A DNA stretch of 64,000 nucleotides, from assembly GCA_023268715.1 (NCBI GenBank), contig JALRLV010000001.1, positions 70,383 to 134,382 of the forward strand. Direction: 5' to 3'. The notes under the pieces were generated by a model. It worked only from the letters and a program-made list of their open reading frames with translations. It ran no database searches and was not told where the DNA came from. This stretch comes from Candidatus Thalassarchaeaceae archaeon (GTDB lineage: Archaea > Thermoplasmatota > Poseidoniia > Poseidoniales > Thalassarchaeaceae). Positions 8,908-18,977 of this stretch are shown piece after piece (position 1 is the stretch's first letter; every line of letters begins with the position of its first letter). The translations under genes were made by a program, and so were the position numbers.

Positions 8908-9621
8908 TCAATCTTCAATCCCTAGAGACTTTAGCAAATCATCACCAGTGATCATGGGTATGTTGTGTAATTCAGCGTACTCTCTGGCAGCCTCAACACT
9001 CAGGGCTTTATCTCCATCTGGTTGTAACATCTCGGCTCCAATGGTGGCTGGAACGTGTCCAGAGAGTCTCGCTATTGCTACAGCTAATTCGGTGTGACCT
9101 TGTCTAGTTTTCAGTCCACCAGGCGATTCTCTACAAACAGGAATATGTCCAGGAGTCCTAAACTCGGAACCGAGCGCCTGCTGAGCAGTTTCCTCAGTTG
9201 CTTTTGCCTGCATCATCTCTCCGGCTAATTCACCAAACCTTCGCGTAGTTAGTGCACGGTCCCTATCGGTAATTCCGGTGTAGGTTTCTCTATGGTTTAA
9301 GGAGAGGGTGAAGGCAGAGCGTGAGTCATATTGTAAGTCGTCAGTGATTAATTTACCAAGAACTGGGTTTTCAGCAACAAGTGCGGGGTGAGTATGAATG
9401 TCCTGTAACCAAGGAAGACCGAATAGACTGCCTATTTCATCCCCAACCGCCAAGAACAGAAGGCCCCCACAGTCCTGCCGTAATCTTCTCATAACCGCGG
9501 GACTGGCCGCTGTTGCAGGCCATAGAAGGTCGGTCTCGCATTCTCTGAAATCAGAGTCGAAAACCATCACTGGTTGGCCTTGTGAGAAGGCCCGAATAGC
9601 ACTTTCAACCTTCGACTCCAT
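8908..9621 (-). CDS. ribB: 3,4-dihydroxy-2-butanone 4-phosphate synthase
   Basis: It shows VMVFDSDFRECETDLLWPA, GHTELAV and TPGHIP, which together form a typical DHBP synthase pattern. Confidence 0.85.
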   Translation of the reverse strand: MESKVESAIRAFSQGQPVMVFDSDFRECETDLLWPATAASPAVMRRLRQDCGGLLFLAVGDEIGSLFGLPWLQDIHTHPALVAENPVLGKLITDDLQYDSRSAFTLSLNHRETYTGITDRDRALTTRRFGELAGEMMQAKATEETAQQALGSEFRTPGHIPVCRESPGGLKTRQGHTELAVAIARLSGHVPATIGAEMLQPDGDKALSVEAAREYAELHNIPMITGDDLLKSLGIED

Positions 9622-9708
9622 GTTTGTTCCGACTCGGTGTTAATACCAGTTATTTTTGGTCCTTTGTTCTCACCGTAGGGTTATCACCCCTGAGTCATCG
9701 GACGATTC

Positions 9709-10560
9709 ATGGGTGGATATCGAGCCCCGCTAAGGGTTGACCTAGCAGGAGGTTGGACGGACCTAGCACCGTACACTCATGACCATGGAGGGGAAGTGGT
9801 CAACTTCACAATAGATAAGTGGGTTACAGCAACTCCAGATGGTGATGGAAATGTCGATTTCCAATTTGATATCTCCCCTGGTTCCGGACTTGGAACTAGT
9901 GGAGCTCTGAATGTTGCAAAGATTGCGGCTCTGGGAGTTGATAATGTAAGTGACCTGGGTGCAATTGCAGAATTAGCCTTCGAAGCAGAAACCAATGCAG
10001 GTAATCGTTGTGGTCGTCAAGACCAATGGGCGTCGGCACATGGTGGATTCAATCGATTTCTATTCATAGGAGATGGAGTTGAACAATTACCATTTGAACC
10101 AGCCCCTTCCGCCAAAAAATGGCTTCAAAAGCATCTGATTATTGCACATAGTGGAATACAGCATAAATCGGGAGATATGCAAGAATTAGTTTGGTCCCGA
10201 TATGATGCAGGCGATGAAAGCGTGATCAATGGCCTTCACACTATTCGGTTAGCCACCAAAATGATGGCAGATGCCCTTCAAAGAGACCACAGACAGTTGG
10301 TGGTAGAGGCTCTAAATGAAATCTGCAAAGGAGTCGATTCACTAGACTCTTCGATACATCAACCATTTCGAGAAACAATCGAGCCAATGCTTGCAGTTGG
10401 TTCAGTGATGGCTTGGAAAGCTCTAGGTGCTGGAGGAGGTGGCTGCGTCGCTCTTCTTTGCAACCCAATGAGCCTAAATTTGGTCCATTCAAAATTATCT
10501 GAGGTTGGTTGGCAAATCATCGATTGGGAATATAATAATTCTGGTTTGGCTGCAATTTGA
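9709..10560 (+). CDS. GHMP-family kinase (HddA/fucokinase-like sugar kinase subgroup)
   Basis: It has RAPLRVDLAGGWTDLAPY at the N-terminus, GHMP motif II (PGSGLGTSGALNV) and the C-terminal glycine-rich GAGGGGC. Substrate not assignable. Confidence 0.7.
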   Translation: MGGYRAPLRVDLAGGWTDLAPYTHDHGGEVVNFTIDKWVTATPDGDGNVDFQFDISPGSGLGTSGALNVAKIAALGVDNVSDLGAIAELAFEAETNAGNRCGRQDQWASAHGGFNRFLFIGDGVEQLPFEPAPSAKKWLQKHLIIAHSGIQHKSGDMQELVWSRYDAGDESVINGLHTIRLATKMMADALQRDHRQLVVEALNEICKGVDSLDSSIHQPFRETIEPMLAVGSVMAWKALGAGGGGCVALLCNPMSLNLVHSKLSEVGWQIIDWEYNNSGLAAI

Positions 10561-10611
10561 ACCGAACCTTGTTGGGCGAACCCTCAAACGCTACTTTCTG
10601 CCCCCAAACCC

Positions 10612-13263
10612 ATGCGCTATGCAAGTAGAGGCCTTTCCTTAGCAGTAGTCCTACTTTTCTCTGTAAGTATTCTTTCAGTTTTTGTTGTAGCGCAAGATGG
10701 TCAAAATAATCATCCAACAGAAGAACAACCCTACATGTACTTCTGGGGTTCTGATGACCTATCTGAATGCTGGAGTAATTTCGATAATGCATCAACCGAA
10801 TCATCAAGTTCTGGATTCGGTGAAATCGCATTTCCGGCTGGTGATGATGTGTCTGTTGAGTATACTTGTAACATGCAATCAGCCTTTACAGATGATTTTC
10901 TTCTAGCTATTAACGAAACTATTTCGATGAGGTTGAAATTTAATATTGAGTCTGGAAATTGCGGAGGCGATTGCACCGATCTAACCCTAACTCTTTCTAG
11001 GGGGCAAGAAGAAATCGATCAATTTGTACAATCTGCGAATTCAGTGAACAATGGTAATGACTTCACTACTCAGTGGGACATTTTAGTCGATGATTCCGTT
11101 AGAACATGGGACAAGGACACCATGCTTACACTGACAGTTGAATATTCAGTACCGGCTCAGGGTGGACCACAATGTACTGATCCTCCCGGCCCTGTTGGGC
11201 CAATTGCGGACTGTTCCGGTAATTTTCGCATGTACTATTCAGAGGACGGAGGGAGCCCGGGGGAGGTTTATGCAGAGTTCCCCATTTACGTATCATTGAC
11301 AGATGCGAGCAATAATGTTGGAAAGACCTCGGTTGGACCTGTTGCCTTCTTCATACCATTCCTAGCAATCACTGCTCTCCTAGGTGTAGTTGCTGTGAGA
11401 GAGGGTTGGAAGTCAGAATCAGACGAGCCGTTTTATTCGAACGCGTTCGATGTAGAACGTTACAGAACGATGCCTTCCAATGCATTATCATCAACAAAAT
11501 CAGGATGGTCTGAATGGAGGAAAGGCGGGCCTCTTACGGAAAATAAAACTCGGAGAGTGATTACTCTCTGTATTCTCTACTTCGCTCAAGGATTACCTTG
11601 GGGTTTTGCAAGTGTTGCTTTCGCGGCCTATTTGGTAGAAAATGGAACCGAAGTCAAGGATATCGCAATTCTATTCGCCACTGTAGCATTACCTTGGACA
11701 TTCAAGTGGATATGGGGTCCTGTTGTTGACGCTGTATTTATCGAAAGATTTGGTCCACGTCGACAATGGGTATTGTTCGCCCAAACCGGTATGGCGGTTA
11801 GCCTAGGTGGTTTGTTGGTTATTGACGCAACAATTGGTGATTTGAATACTGAAGTTCAATTGGTAACTAGAGTATTATTCATTCACAACATCTTTGCTTC
11901 ACTGCAAGATGTTGCTACTGATGCCCTAGCTGTAGAAATTCTTCAACCAGATGAAGTAGCGAAGGTGAATGGTTTCATGTTCGCGGCAAAGCGACTTGGA
12001 ATTATTATCGGGGGTGCAGCGCTTGGAGTGCTTGTTACGAAGATTGGTATTATTGGAGTTATAGTAGCCTCAATGGTGCTTCTCCTGATGGTTGCATGGT
12101 TCCCACTGACCATGATTGAAAAGCCGGGAGTGCAATTATTCCCATGGTCAAAGAAGGCTGGTGTAATTGAAGCTGAAATCGTTAGTTCAGAAACAGAAGA
12201 AGTCGAGAATGTTGAGGATGAAGAGACTCCATGGATGGATGAAGAAGACTTCCGTGTAGCCAGAACAGTAGGTTATGCTGTGTCCGAAAGCAGAATTTCG
12301 ATACCTGCATTATGCGCAATACTGGGTCTATCGATTTGGTTTATTGGCTTTGCAATTGATGTATTTACTATTGACTGGGGTCTCGGAGCAGATCTTCGAA
12401 ACTTTACAAACCCTGCATCTTACTTCTTCATCATAGTTGGATTAGTCACATTGGGGATTTCAATATCAATGAACCAAATAGAGGATGCGAAAGAGTTGCC
12501 TAAAGTTCCGAATCCATTCTTGGTCTTACCAACGGGAACTAGAACTACTGTTGCCAGAACGTCGTTCTATCTTGTCAAAGCCTTCTCAGTAAGGTCAGCA
12601 TTCTTACTCATATTCCTCTGTTTGTTATCTGAATTGTATTACTTTGTCGGACCAATTGTCATTGACATTTTCATCAACGAAGCTGGTTGGTCACAGGCCA
12701 AGTACAATGCTATTGTCGGCGGAGTGGTGGTATTTGGTGCAATGTTCGGTCAAATATTCGGTGGACTTCTAGGGGACAAGTTCGGAACACGAAGAGTTGC
12801 TATGGTTGGCTTCCTCTTGCTAGCATTGGCTAATGCATCACTTGCAATGTTAGAACCCCTTTGGACTAACACCACTGTGATGACAATATTCCTGATTGCT
12901 CAGGCATTCATAGCAGGTATTGCATGGATTTGTATTATCTCACTATCGATGAGATTGACTTGGAGCAAGGTTGGCGGAACTCAATTTACTGCTTACATGT
13001 CTTTGTTCAATTTATCTGGAGTAACGGCGTACTTGCTGACCGAGAGAATGATAGAGATTTTCGATTACTCCTCGGCAATTTATGTCGGCGCTACTCTTAC
13101 TATGATTTCCGCAATAATGCTGATTTTCATTGATGAGGACGAAACAGACCGAGTCTTGGAAGGTCGTCTAGGAGACGATGATGAAGATGAGGATGAATGG
13201 TGGACAGATGAGGGAGAATCTATGGAGGGTGCAGAACTTGGCGAGCATGCAACAGTGGCTTGA
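10612..13263 (+). CDS. MFS transporter of the AmpG/PAT (acetyl-CoA transporter-like) type fused to a ~250-aa N-terminal extracytoplasmic domain
   Basis: It begins with a signal/TM segment, followed by a Cys-containing soluble domain and a further TM segment. The MFS core has LYFAQGLPWGFASVAF and PWTFKWIWGPVVDA, which are AmpG-family-like motifs. It also has a long acidic central loop with extra TM segments and an acidic C-terminal tail. Confidence 0.7.
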   Translation: MRYASRGLSLAVVLLFSVSILSVFVVAQDGQNNHPTEEQPYMYFWGSDDLSECWSNFDNASTESSSSGFGEIAFPAGDDVSVEYTCNMQSAFTDDFLLAINETISMRLKFNIESGNCGGDCTDLTLTLSRGQEEIDQFVQSANSVNNGNDFTTQWDILVDDSVRTWDKDTMLTLTVEYSVPAQGGPQCTDPPGPVGPIADCSGNFRMYYSEDGGSPGEVYAEFPIYVSLTDASNNVGKTSVGPVAFFIPFLAITALLGVVAVREGWKSESDEPFYSNAFDVERYRTMPSNALSSTKSGWSEWRKGGPLTENKTRRVITLCILYFAQGLPWGFASVAFAAYLVENGTEVKDIAILFATVALPWTFKWIWGPVVDAVFIERFGPRRQWVLFAQTGMAVSLGGLLVIDATIGDLNTEVQLVTRVLFIHNIFASLQDVATDALAVEILQPDEVAKVNGFMFAAKRLGIIIGGAALGVLVTKIGIIGVIVASMVLLLMVAWFPLTMIEKPGVQLFPWSKKAGVIEAEIVSSETEEVENVEDEETPWMDEEDFRVARTVGYAVSESRISIPALCAILGLSIWFIGFAIDVFTIDWGLGADLRNFTNPASYFFIIVGLVTLGISISMNQIEDAKELPKVPNPFLVLPTGTRTTVARTSFYLVKAFSVRSAFLLIFLCLLSELYYFVGPIVIDIFINEAGWSQAKYNAIVGGVVVFGAMFGQIFGGLLGDKFGTRRVAMVGFLLLALANASLAMLEPLWTNTTVMTIFLIAQAFIAGIAWICIISLSMRLTWSKVGGTQFTAYMSLFNLSGVTAYLLTERMIEIFDYSSAIYVGATLTMISAIMLIFIDEDETDRVLEGRLGDDDEDEDEWWTDEGESMEGAELGEHATVA

Positions 13264-13507
13264 ATCCTGTAAAACGGATTTTCTGATTTTTTCTCAGACA
13301 GTTTGCCCCTATTGTACTAGGGCGAAAAATTTCCTCGATGCAAAAGGCCTAAGTTTCACAGAGGTAAATTTCGACCATGAAGGAGACCTTCGATGGGAAG
13401 TCGTCGATGCAACAGGGCATCGTACCGTTCCAGTCTGTTTTGATGTCAGAGGTGAACAACCAATCTTCATTGGTGGCTCTGATCATTTGATGGATTACCT
13501 TGGCTGA
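13247..13507 (+). CDS. grx: Glutaredoxin
   Basis: It has the CPYC active site (FSQTVCPYCTRAKNFL), the TVP motif and a GG motif (IFIGGSDHL). The start is taken at MQQWLES and overlaps the MFS gene end by 17 nt. Confidence 0.8.
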   Translation: MQQWLESCKTDFLIFSQTVCPYCTRAKNFLDAKGLSFTEVNFDHEGDLRWEVVDATGHRTVPVCFDVRGEQPIFIGGSDHLMDYLG

Positions 13508-13512
13508 ATTGA

Positions 13513-14106
13513 CTAAATCGAATCAGCCATTCTTTGAATTGAATTTTTCAATTCATCTAACTGGTTCAAATTGACCATGTGGCCTTTTTCATGCTCAAGG
13601 CGAGTAACTGGCCATCCTGCGGATTCATAGATTTCCGCGTGTTCTTTGGCTACTTCTAAAGGCACAAGGTGATCCTTTCTTCCATGCATCCAAACAACTT
13701 CCCTTGGCTTTAGAAAGGGAAGCGATTCTCTCAAAAAATCGGGTCTAACAGTCTTTGTCCCTATTAGAACAAGACCCAGAATTCTCTCATGTAACTCTGT
13801 TTCCAAAAGCGCAGAGGCAATCGCTCCACCCTGAGAAAACCCTCCTATTATCAGAGGCCCATTTGGAATCTCTCGAATCACACTCTGCATCGAATCCTCT
13901 ACTTGCTTTTGAGATTCTGAGTTCAATGGTAGAGTTGGATCTTCAGCCCGTAACCACCAAGCAAACCCACCCCTTGTTGGATGTTCAATTTCTGCTTGTG
14001 GACAGATGATGTTCCAACCATTAGGTGCCAGACTCTCTGCAAGTGGTTGCATTTTCTCTGAAGTTCCAGTCATACCATGTAGCATGACGAGATTTCCGGA
14101 GGTCAT
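13513..14106 (-). CDS. Alpha/beta hydrolase, phospholipase/carboxylesterase family
   Basis: It has the nucleophile elbow GFSQGGA, a downstream D and H (HGRKDHLVP, EKGHMV) and is about 200 aa long. Confidence 0.75.
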   Translation of the reverse strand: MTSGNLVMLHGMTGTSEKMQPLAESLAPNGWNIICPQAEIEHPTRGGFAWWLRAEDPTLPLNSESQKQVEDSMQSVIREIPNGPLIIGGFSQGGAIASALLETELHERILGLVLIGTKTVRPDFLRESLPFLKPREVVWMHGRKDHLVPLEVAKEHAEIYESAGWPVTRLEHEKGHMVNLNQLDELKNSIQRMADSI

Positions 14107-14115
14107 TTAGACACC

Positions 14116-15090
14116 TCAGAGCGTCCATGAATAGGTAATTGCACCGGCGATAATTAGGCGAAGATCTGAATCGCCGGTAAAGGTCAATGTCAGCGTATAT
14201 TCCCCACTTGGGTAGGGAATAGTTCCCAATGTGCCGTATTCTTCTGCACCCGGCCCCCAAGTTCGTTGAAGGGCCGATACCGATGTATGGTCTCTAAGTG
14301 TCAGGCTGATGCTTGAACCTCCACTTCCACAAGCAGCGTCTAGGTAGTACACCATTTCGTCCCATTCTCCATCACTAGGGTGATCACTCACGAGGAATGT
14401 ATCTCGTATCTCTAAATCAGTACCGGCATTCTCCCAGGTATCTGAATATAGGTCGCCTCCACGAATGAAGAAGACCTCGCCATCATGACCTTCGCCATCT
14501 TCTGTGTGCCCGTTTGTTGCTAACATCATTCGTAACCGCTCAATCCCTTCGGAATCGGTCCAAATAAACGAGGAGAAGAAACCAACATCTGTGTTGAACG
14601 TATAGTCGAGTCTAGCGCCATCGGCTGCTTGTGCAGACATTGTTGCATGTTGCTTCCCTACATCTAGGGCTGTAGCAGTCCAATCGTTAGTGAAAAGGGA
14701 AAATGCCCAAGAATCTCCTTCTGAAATTGGGAATGTCAAAACTGGCTGGGGTAGTCCATTTTCGTACGCACTTAGATTGTCGTGAGTTATTCTACCAAGG
14801 AATGGGTTGTGGTTGAGAACAGCGTGTCTTCTGGCCTCCCCGATAGAAGAGATAGCCAGCATGTATGCGGCTCCATCTTCTTCACTATCCGATGCTACCA
14901 CCAAACGCGCAGTATCATCTGTGTATTCTGGTGTAGAGAATGTGTACAACCACCAATCTCCTATGTGCCAAGTTGGCACATCGATTGAGTAGTCTGAACC
15001 GCTTCTTCCACCCGAATCAGTCAGTCCTGCGCAACCCGCAACACTAGCCATAAGAAACAACATGGTCAGGCCAACGGCGACGCTCCGCAT
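14116..15090 (-). CDS. Secreted lipoprotein, unknown function
   Basis: It has a signal peptide with a lipobox-like MASVAGC. It shares the N-terminal motif IDVPTWHIGDWWLY and FPISEGDSW with the 1179-aa surface protein. Confidence 0.6.
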   Translation of the reverse strand: MRSVAVGLTMLFLMASVAGCAGLTDSGGRSGSDYSIDVPTWHIGDWWLYTFSTPEYTDDTARLVVASDSEEDGAAYMLAISSIGEARRHAVLNHNPFLGRITHDNLSAYENGLPQPVLTFPISEGDSWAFSLFTNDWTATALDVGKQHATMSAQAADGARLDYTFNTDVGFFSSFIWTDSEGIERLRMMLATNGHTEDGEGHDGEVFFIRGGDLYSDTWENAGTDLEIRDTFLVSDHPSDGEWDEMVYYLDAACGSGGSSISLTLRDHTSVSALQRTWGPGAEEYGTLGTIPYPSGEYTLTLTFTGDSDLRLIIAGAITYSWTL

Positions 15091-15135
15091 GGACGACCCT
15101 ATTGACAGACTCTCAAGAGTCTGACGCTTAGAATC

Positions 15136-17208
15136 TCAGAGTAATCCAGTCTCAGAAAGTTTGCCAGTACCTGCAAGTACAACTGCAACGATTGACATCA
15201 ACTTGATGAGAATATTAAGGGAAGGCCCTGATGTATCCTTGAATGGATCACCAATGGTATCCCCAATAACTGCTGCATCATGAGCATCATCTCCTTTCTT
15301 GGCTCCTGGTATGTGATCTTGTTCGATAGCCTTCTTTGCGTTGTCCCACGCTCCGCCTGCATTCGCCATGAAGAGTGCTAGAAGTACACCAGTGACTAAT
15401 GAGCCCGCCAGCATTCCACCAAGGGCTGCAGTGCCTAGTACAAATCCGACAATTACTGGAGCAAGTACTGCAACAACTCCTGGTCCTACCATTTCTCTGA
15501 GGGCGGCCTTGGTAGAAATATCGACACAAGTTTGAGAATCTGGCTTGACGCCTTCCTTTCCTTCAAGAAGTCCTGGAATTTCCTTAAACTGTCTTCGAAT
15601 TTCTACGACCATGTCTCCAGCGGCCTTCCCAACAGATGTCATGGTCATAGCAGCCACAACAAACGGAAGACCTCCACCAATGAGTAATCCGATTACAACC
15701 ATTGGCTCAGTCAAATCTAGATTTACTCCTCCAACTGATGTGGTGTAGGCAGCGAATAGAGCGAGTGCGGTTAATGCAGCCGAGCCTATAGCGAATCCCT
15801 TTCCAACGGCTGCTGTCGTGTTTCCAATTGAATCAAGTTCGTCAGTGATAGCACGAACATCATCGCCTAGACCACTCATTTCCGCAATACCGCCTGCATT
15901 GTCTGCAACGGGTCCGTATGCATCCACAGTCATTGTAACGCCAACAGTCGCCAGCATACCCATGGCTGCCATTGCGATACAATACAGACCGTAAGTTTCA
16001 CCACCAAATTCGTTAGCTCCAAGAATTCCGAATGCAATCAGAAGAACCGGAATGAATGTTGACATCATTCCTACACTCAGACCAGCAATAGCATTTGTTG
16101 CAGGACCGGTCTTTGACATCTCTCCGATGTGTGGGATGGCCTTGGTCTTGATACCGAATACAGGTTCGATACCAGTGTAATATTCAGTCACTAATCCAAT
16201 CAGAATACCTACTACACTACCAAGAACTACAGAATGCATGATTCCGTATTCAACGTCAATAAATCCTTGGTCGATTGATAGATATCCACCAGCCCAAAAT
16301 AGTGCAGCAGCGATGAAAGTAGTGTTTCTTAGGGCTGCTGCAGGGTCATTTCCATTCTTTAGGAAAGTCATGGAGAATACTCCGATTATGGAAGCAACAT
16401 ACCCTATGAATCCTAGTAGAATAGGCATTAGTATGTAATCAACGTCCATTGCAGTTCCTGTAATTGCATCTGGTTCGCTTGCAATAATCATTGCAGCAAT
16501 TATTGAGCCCACGAAGGATTCGAAAATATCCGCTCCCATTCCAGCTACATCTCCTACGTTATCACCGACATTGTCAGCAATAACACCGGGGTTGCGCGGA
16601 TCATCTTCGGGGATACCGGCTTCGACCTTTCCAACCAAATCGGCTCCAACATCAGCGGCCTTGGTGTAAATTCCTCCACCCACACGGGCGAATAGAGCAA
16701 TCGAAGATGCTCCCATACCGAAACCTGCTGCTGCAGACAAAGGACTTCCATCTTCTGCACCGAGCCAAAAGGCGATTAGAGAAATTCCAAGGAGACCTAA
16801 TCCACCAACTGACAGACCCATAACGGCTCCACCATTGTAGGACACAGCGAGAGCGCCCGCTTGACCATCGTTCTTTGCAGCCATAGCAGTCCGTCCGTTA
16901 GCGGAAGTTGCGGAACGCATTCCTGAGAATCCAGCGAGGACCGATGCGATCGCCCCTGCAAAGAAAGCAATGGACGTATCAACGTCGTTGAGCCACGCTA
17001 ATACAGCCCCAACGACTATGACGAATACAAATAAAATTCGGTATTCAGCGAATAAGAATGCCATAGCTCCATTTTGTATTTCTTCAGTTATTTCAGCAAC
17101 AACTTCATTGTCAATTTTTACTTTGTTTACTTGGTTGTAAAGGAACATAGCGATAAGGAGTCCAAAGGCTCCTGCGCCTGTTGCAATCAATGGTATATTC
17201 TCTAACAT
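15136..17208 (-). CDS. hppA: Membrane-bound H+/Na+-translocating pyrophosphatase, K+-dependent type
   Basis: It has [19 protein letters not shown] and DNVGDNVGD, and [16 protein letters not shown]. That motif carries Ala at the known A/K potassium-dependence position. Confidence 0.95.
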   Translation of the reverse strand: MLENIPLIATGAGAFGLLIAMFLYNQVNKVKIDNEVVAEITEEIQNGAMAFLFAEYRILFVFVIVVGAVLAWLNDVDTSIAFFAGAIASVLAGFSGMRSATSANGRTAMAAKNDGQAGALAVSYNGGAVMGLSVGGLGLLGISLIAFWLGAEDGSPLSAAAGFGMGASSIALFARVGGGIYTKAADVGADLVGKVEAGIPEDDPRNPGVIADNVGDNVGDVAGMGADIFESFVGSIIAAMIIASEPDAITGTAMDVDYILMPILLGFIGYVASIIGVFSMTFLKNGNDPAAALRNTTFIAAALFWAGGYLSIDQGFIDVEYGIMHSVVLGSVVGILIGLVTEYYTGIEPVFGIKTKAIPHIGEMSKTGPATNAIAGLSVGMMSTFIPVLLIAFGILGANEFGGETYGLYCIAMAAMGMLATVGVTMTVDAYGPVADNAGGIAEMSGLGDDVRAITDELDSIGNTTAAVGKGFAIGSAALTALALFAAYTTSVGGVNLDLTEPMVVIGLLIGGGLPFVVAAMTMTSVGKAAGDMVVEIRRQFKEIPGLLEGKEGVKPDSQTCVDISTKAALREMVGPGVVAVLAPVIVGFVLGTAALGGMLAGSLVTGVLLALFMANAGGAWDNAKKAIEQDHIPGAKKGDDAHDAAVIGDTIGDPFKDTSGPSLNILIKLMSIVAVVLAGTGKLSETGLL

Positions 17209-17267
17209 AACTTACACCTGTGGTCCGCCCGACCGACGGTCTCTATTTAATCCGAATCCACATTAAT

Positions 17268-17282
17268 CGCCCCTTCGGGGCG
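17268..17282 (-). other. GC-rich hairpin between GATase gene end and hppA start
   Basis: The sequence cgcccc-ttc-ggggcg forms a perfect 6-bp GC stem. It starts 5 nt after the stop of the upstream minus-strand gene. No T-tract follows it. Confidence 0.3.
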
Positions 17283-17286
17283 GAGA

Positions 17287-18189
17287 TTACGCTTGATGGG
17301 GGCGGCCTACTATGCTGGCGAATGAAGACAATATACTGGCTCCATCATGTTCTCCTTTGAAGGAAGCCAATTCTTCATCGGATATGTGGCCTGATTCGTG
17401 AGCGCGCTCAATTCTTGCTCTGGCAGCCTCTGGATGGAATTGTATTCCCCACGAAGGTAAGGGTTCGCCGTCTTCGGAAATAACTCTAACTGCCGTAACG
17501 CCGTTATGGCTTGTTGAGCATAGAAGTGAACAAGATTCTGGCACATTCATTACGTGATCTTGATGACTAAATAACCCGGCAACAGAAGAACCAATCGAAA
17601 CATGTGAGGTAAGCAATTCATCATCTACTCCAATTTCAGTGAAGTCCAAGTCCCAAATTCCACTTGAAAGTGAATCGGCTCTCTCAACGGATGCACCTAG
17701 AGAGTGGCAAAGTAATTGATGACCGAAGCATATTCCAAGGGTCGGCCTGCCAGAATATACCGATGATCGAACTAATGAAGACGCGGGGGCCATCCACTCT
17801 TCCCATATGCTAACATTACGACGTGATCCACTACAAACTACGGCATCCACGGCGATGGAATCTAACCAATTTGCCATATCCGCATCATTTTCAATCATCG
17901 GCATAACAATTCTTTGAAAAGAAACTGTTCTGCCCTCTAACTCCACTTTGGTTGATTGCCAGAAGGGGAAATCATCATCCCAATGAGGAACGTCTTCCTC
18001 CGAAAGTGCTACTTCTCCCGCTTGGGCTTTTTTGCCAGCCTCAAAGGATTGCATTTGAGGAGTTACAAGTAACAACTCTACATCTCCAGCTGCTGCAAAT
18101 GGTCGCACAACTTCCTGATTCCCTCCGTGTCCGAATTCCGCTCTTTCGACCAACAGGTCTACCATCAGAACCCTGACCGTGTCTCCCAC
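17287..18189 (-). CDS. Class I glutamine amidotransferase-like protein
   Basis: It has the catalytic-Cys motif GICFGHQLL and a His motif (IQFHPEA). An N-terminal extension of about 110 aa has unknown function. Confidence 0.7.
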   Translation of the reverse strand: MGDTVRVLMVDLLVERAEFGHGGNQEVVRPFAAAGDVELLLVTPQMQSFEAGKKAQAGEVALSEEDVPHWDDDFPFWQSTKVELEGRTVSFQRIVMPMIENDADMANWLDSIAVDAVVCSGSRRNVSIWEEWMAPASSLVRSSVYSGRPTLGICFGHQLLCHSLGASVERADSLSSGIWDLDFTEIGVDDELLTSHVSIGSSVAGLFSHQDHVMNVPESCSLLCSTSHNGVTAVRVISEDGEPLPSWGIQFHPEAARARIERAHESGHISDEELASFKGEHDGASILSSFASIVGRPHQA

Positions 18190-18252
18190 ATCGATGGTCA
18201 GCCCACCAATGGTTCAAAGCACCTCGCCTAGTAGCAACTATGAGGAAATCAC

Positions 18253-18546
18253 GTGGCTGAAGTCAATAAGGAACTAATTCTACAGTCCGTAGGGCCGGTG
18301 CAAGCAATTTTGGACGCACATGATGGAATTGTCAATGTAGTCGACACTACAGATGGAATAATCATGATTTCACTAGAGGGTGGCTGCACTGGCTGCAGTT
18401 CAACTCCTATGACTGCAATGCAGATTTATTATTCATTGATGAAACTCGACGAAGTAAATGATGTAATCTTCGTCAATGGCGAGCTTCCTGCCTACATGCG
18501 GGCATTTATCGACGACAAATTAGGTGTTGAAAGAACCGAAGAATAG
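18253..18546 (+). CDS. NifU-like Fe-S cluster scaffold domain protein
   Basis: Its 97 aa contain LEGGCTGCSS (a CxxC motif), typical of the NifU C-terminal/Nfu domain. It has a GTG start. Confidence 0.7.
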   Translation: MAEVNKELILQSVGPVQAILDAHDGIVNVVDTTDGIIMISLEGGCTGCSSTPMTAMQIYYSLMKLDEVNDVIFVNGELPAYMRAFIDDKLGVERTEE

Positions 18547-18548
18547 AT

Positions 18549-18953
18549 TCAGTCTTCTTCCTTTTCTTGTTTCCTCATTCTCATTATTTCGTGAGGATTT
18601 ATTTCACCTTGAACATCTTGTCCTTTGATATTTAGAGAGCCTGCGGCAGCTACGATTAGGGCGGTCAAAGCAAACGGTAATGCAACATTACGCGAACCCC
18701 ATAGCTCTCCACCAAGATAGTGTAGAGAAAATAGCAAAAATGCGGAGGTAACACACAAAACAAAGATAGTTTTCTGAGCAAATGCTTCTCCCCAATCGGC
18801 ACGAGTAAATGTGCCTATACTCATCCATAGTAACATAGCGATGCCACAGAGAGACATAGAGGCGGTTTCCAGAGTTGCAAGTAACTCCACATCTTTCCGA
18901 TTGGGTGTGCATTTGTGAGTCTTGGGTTCAATGCTGCTGATGGACATCCTCAA
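18549..18953 (-). CDS. Membrane protein, unknown function
   Basis: 134-aa ORF with four hydrophobic segments and a charged C-terminus. I recognise no family. Confidence 0.45.
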   Translation of the reverse strand: MRMSISSIEPKTHKCTPNRKDVELLATLETASMSLCGIAMLLWMSIGTFTRADWGEAFAQKTIFVLCVTSAFLLFSLHYLGGELWGSRNVALPFALTALIVAAAGSLNIKGQDVQGEINPHEIMRMRKQEKEED

Positions 18954-18977
18954 GGGCTGAGGACTCCCGTTAGGTAC

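Noticed and set aside
9622-9708. Possible FMN riboswitch upstream of ribB.
   Set aside because: The spacer is only 87 nt, and I could not find the conserved FMN-aptamer core sequences on either strand.
17209-17286. tRNA-sized (78-nt) spacer containing a GC hairpin.
   Set aside because: It has no acceptor-stem complementarity and no GTTCRANYC T-loop motif. Only a single 6-bp hairpin is present, so it is kept as a generic hairpin feature.
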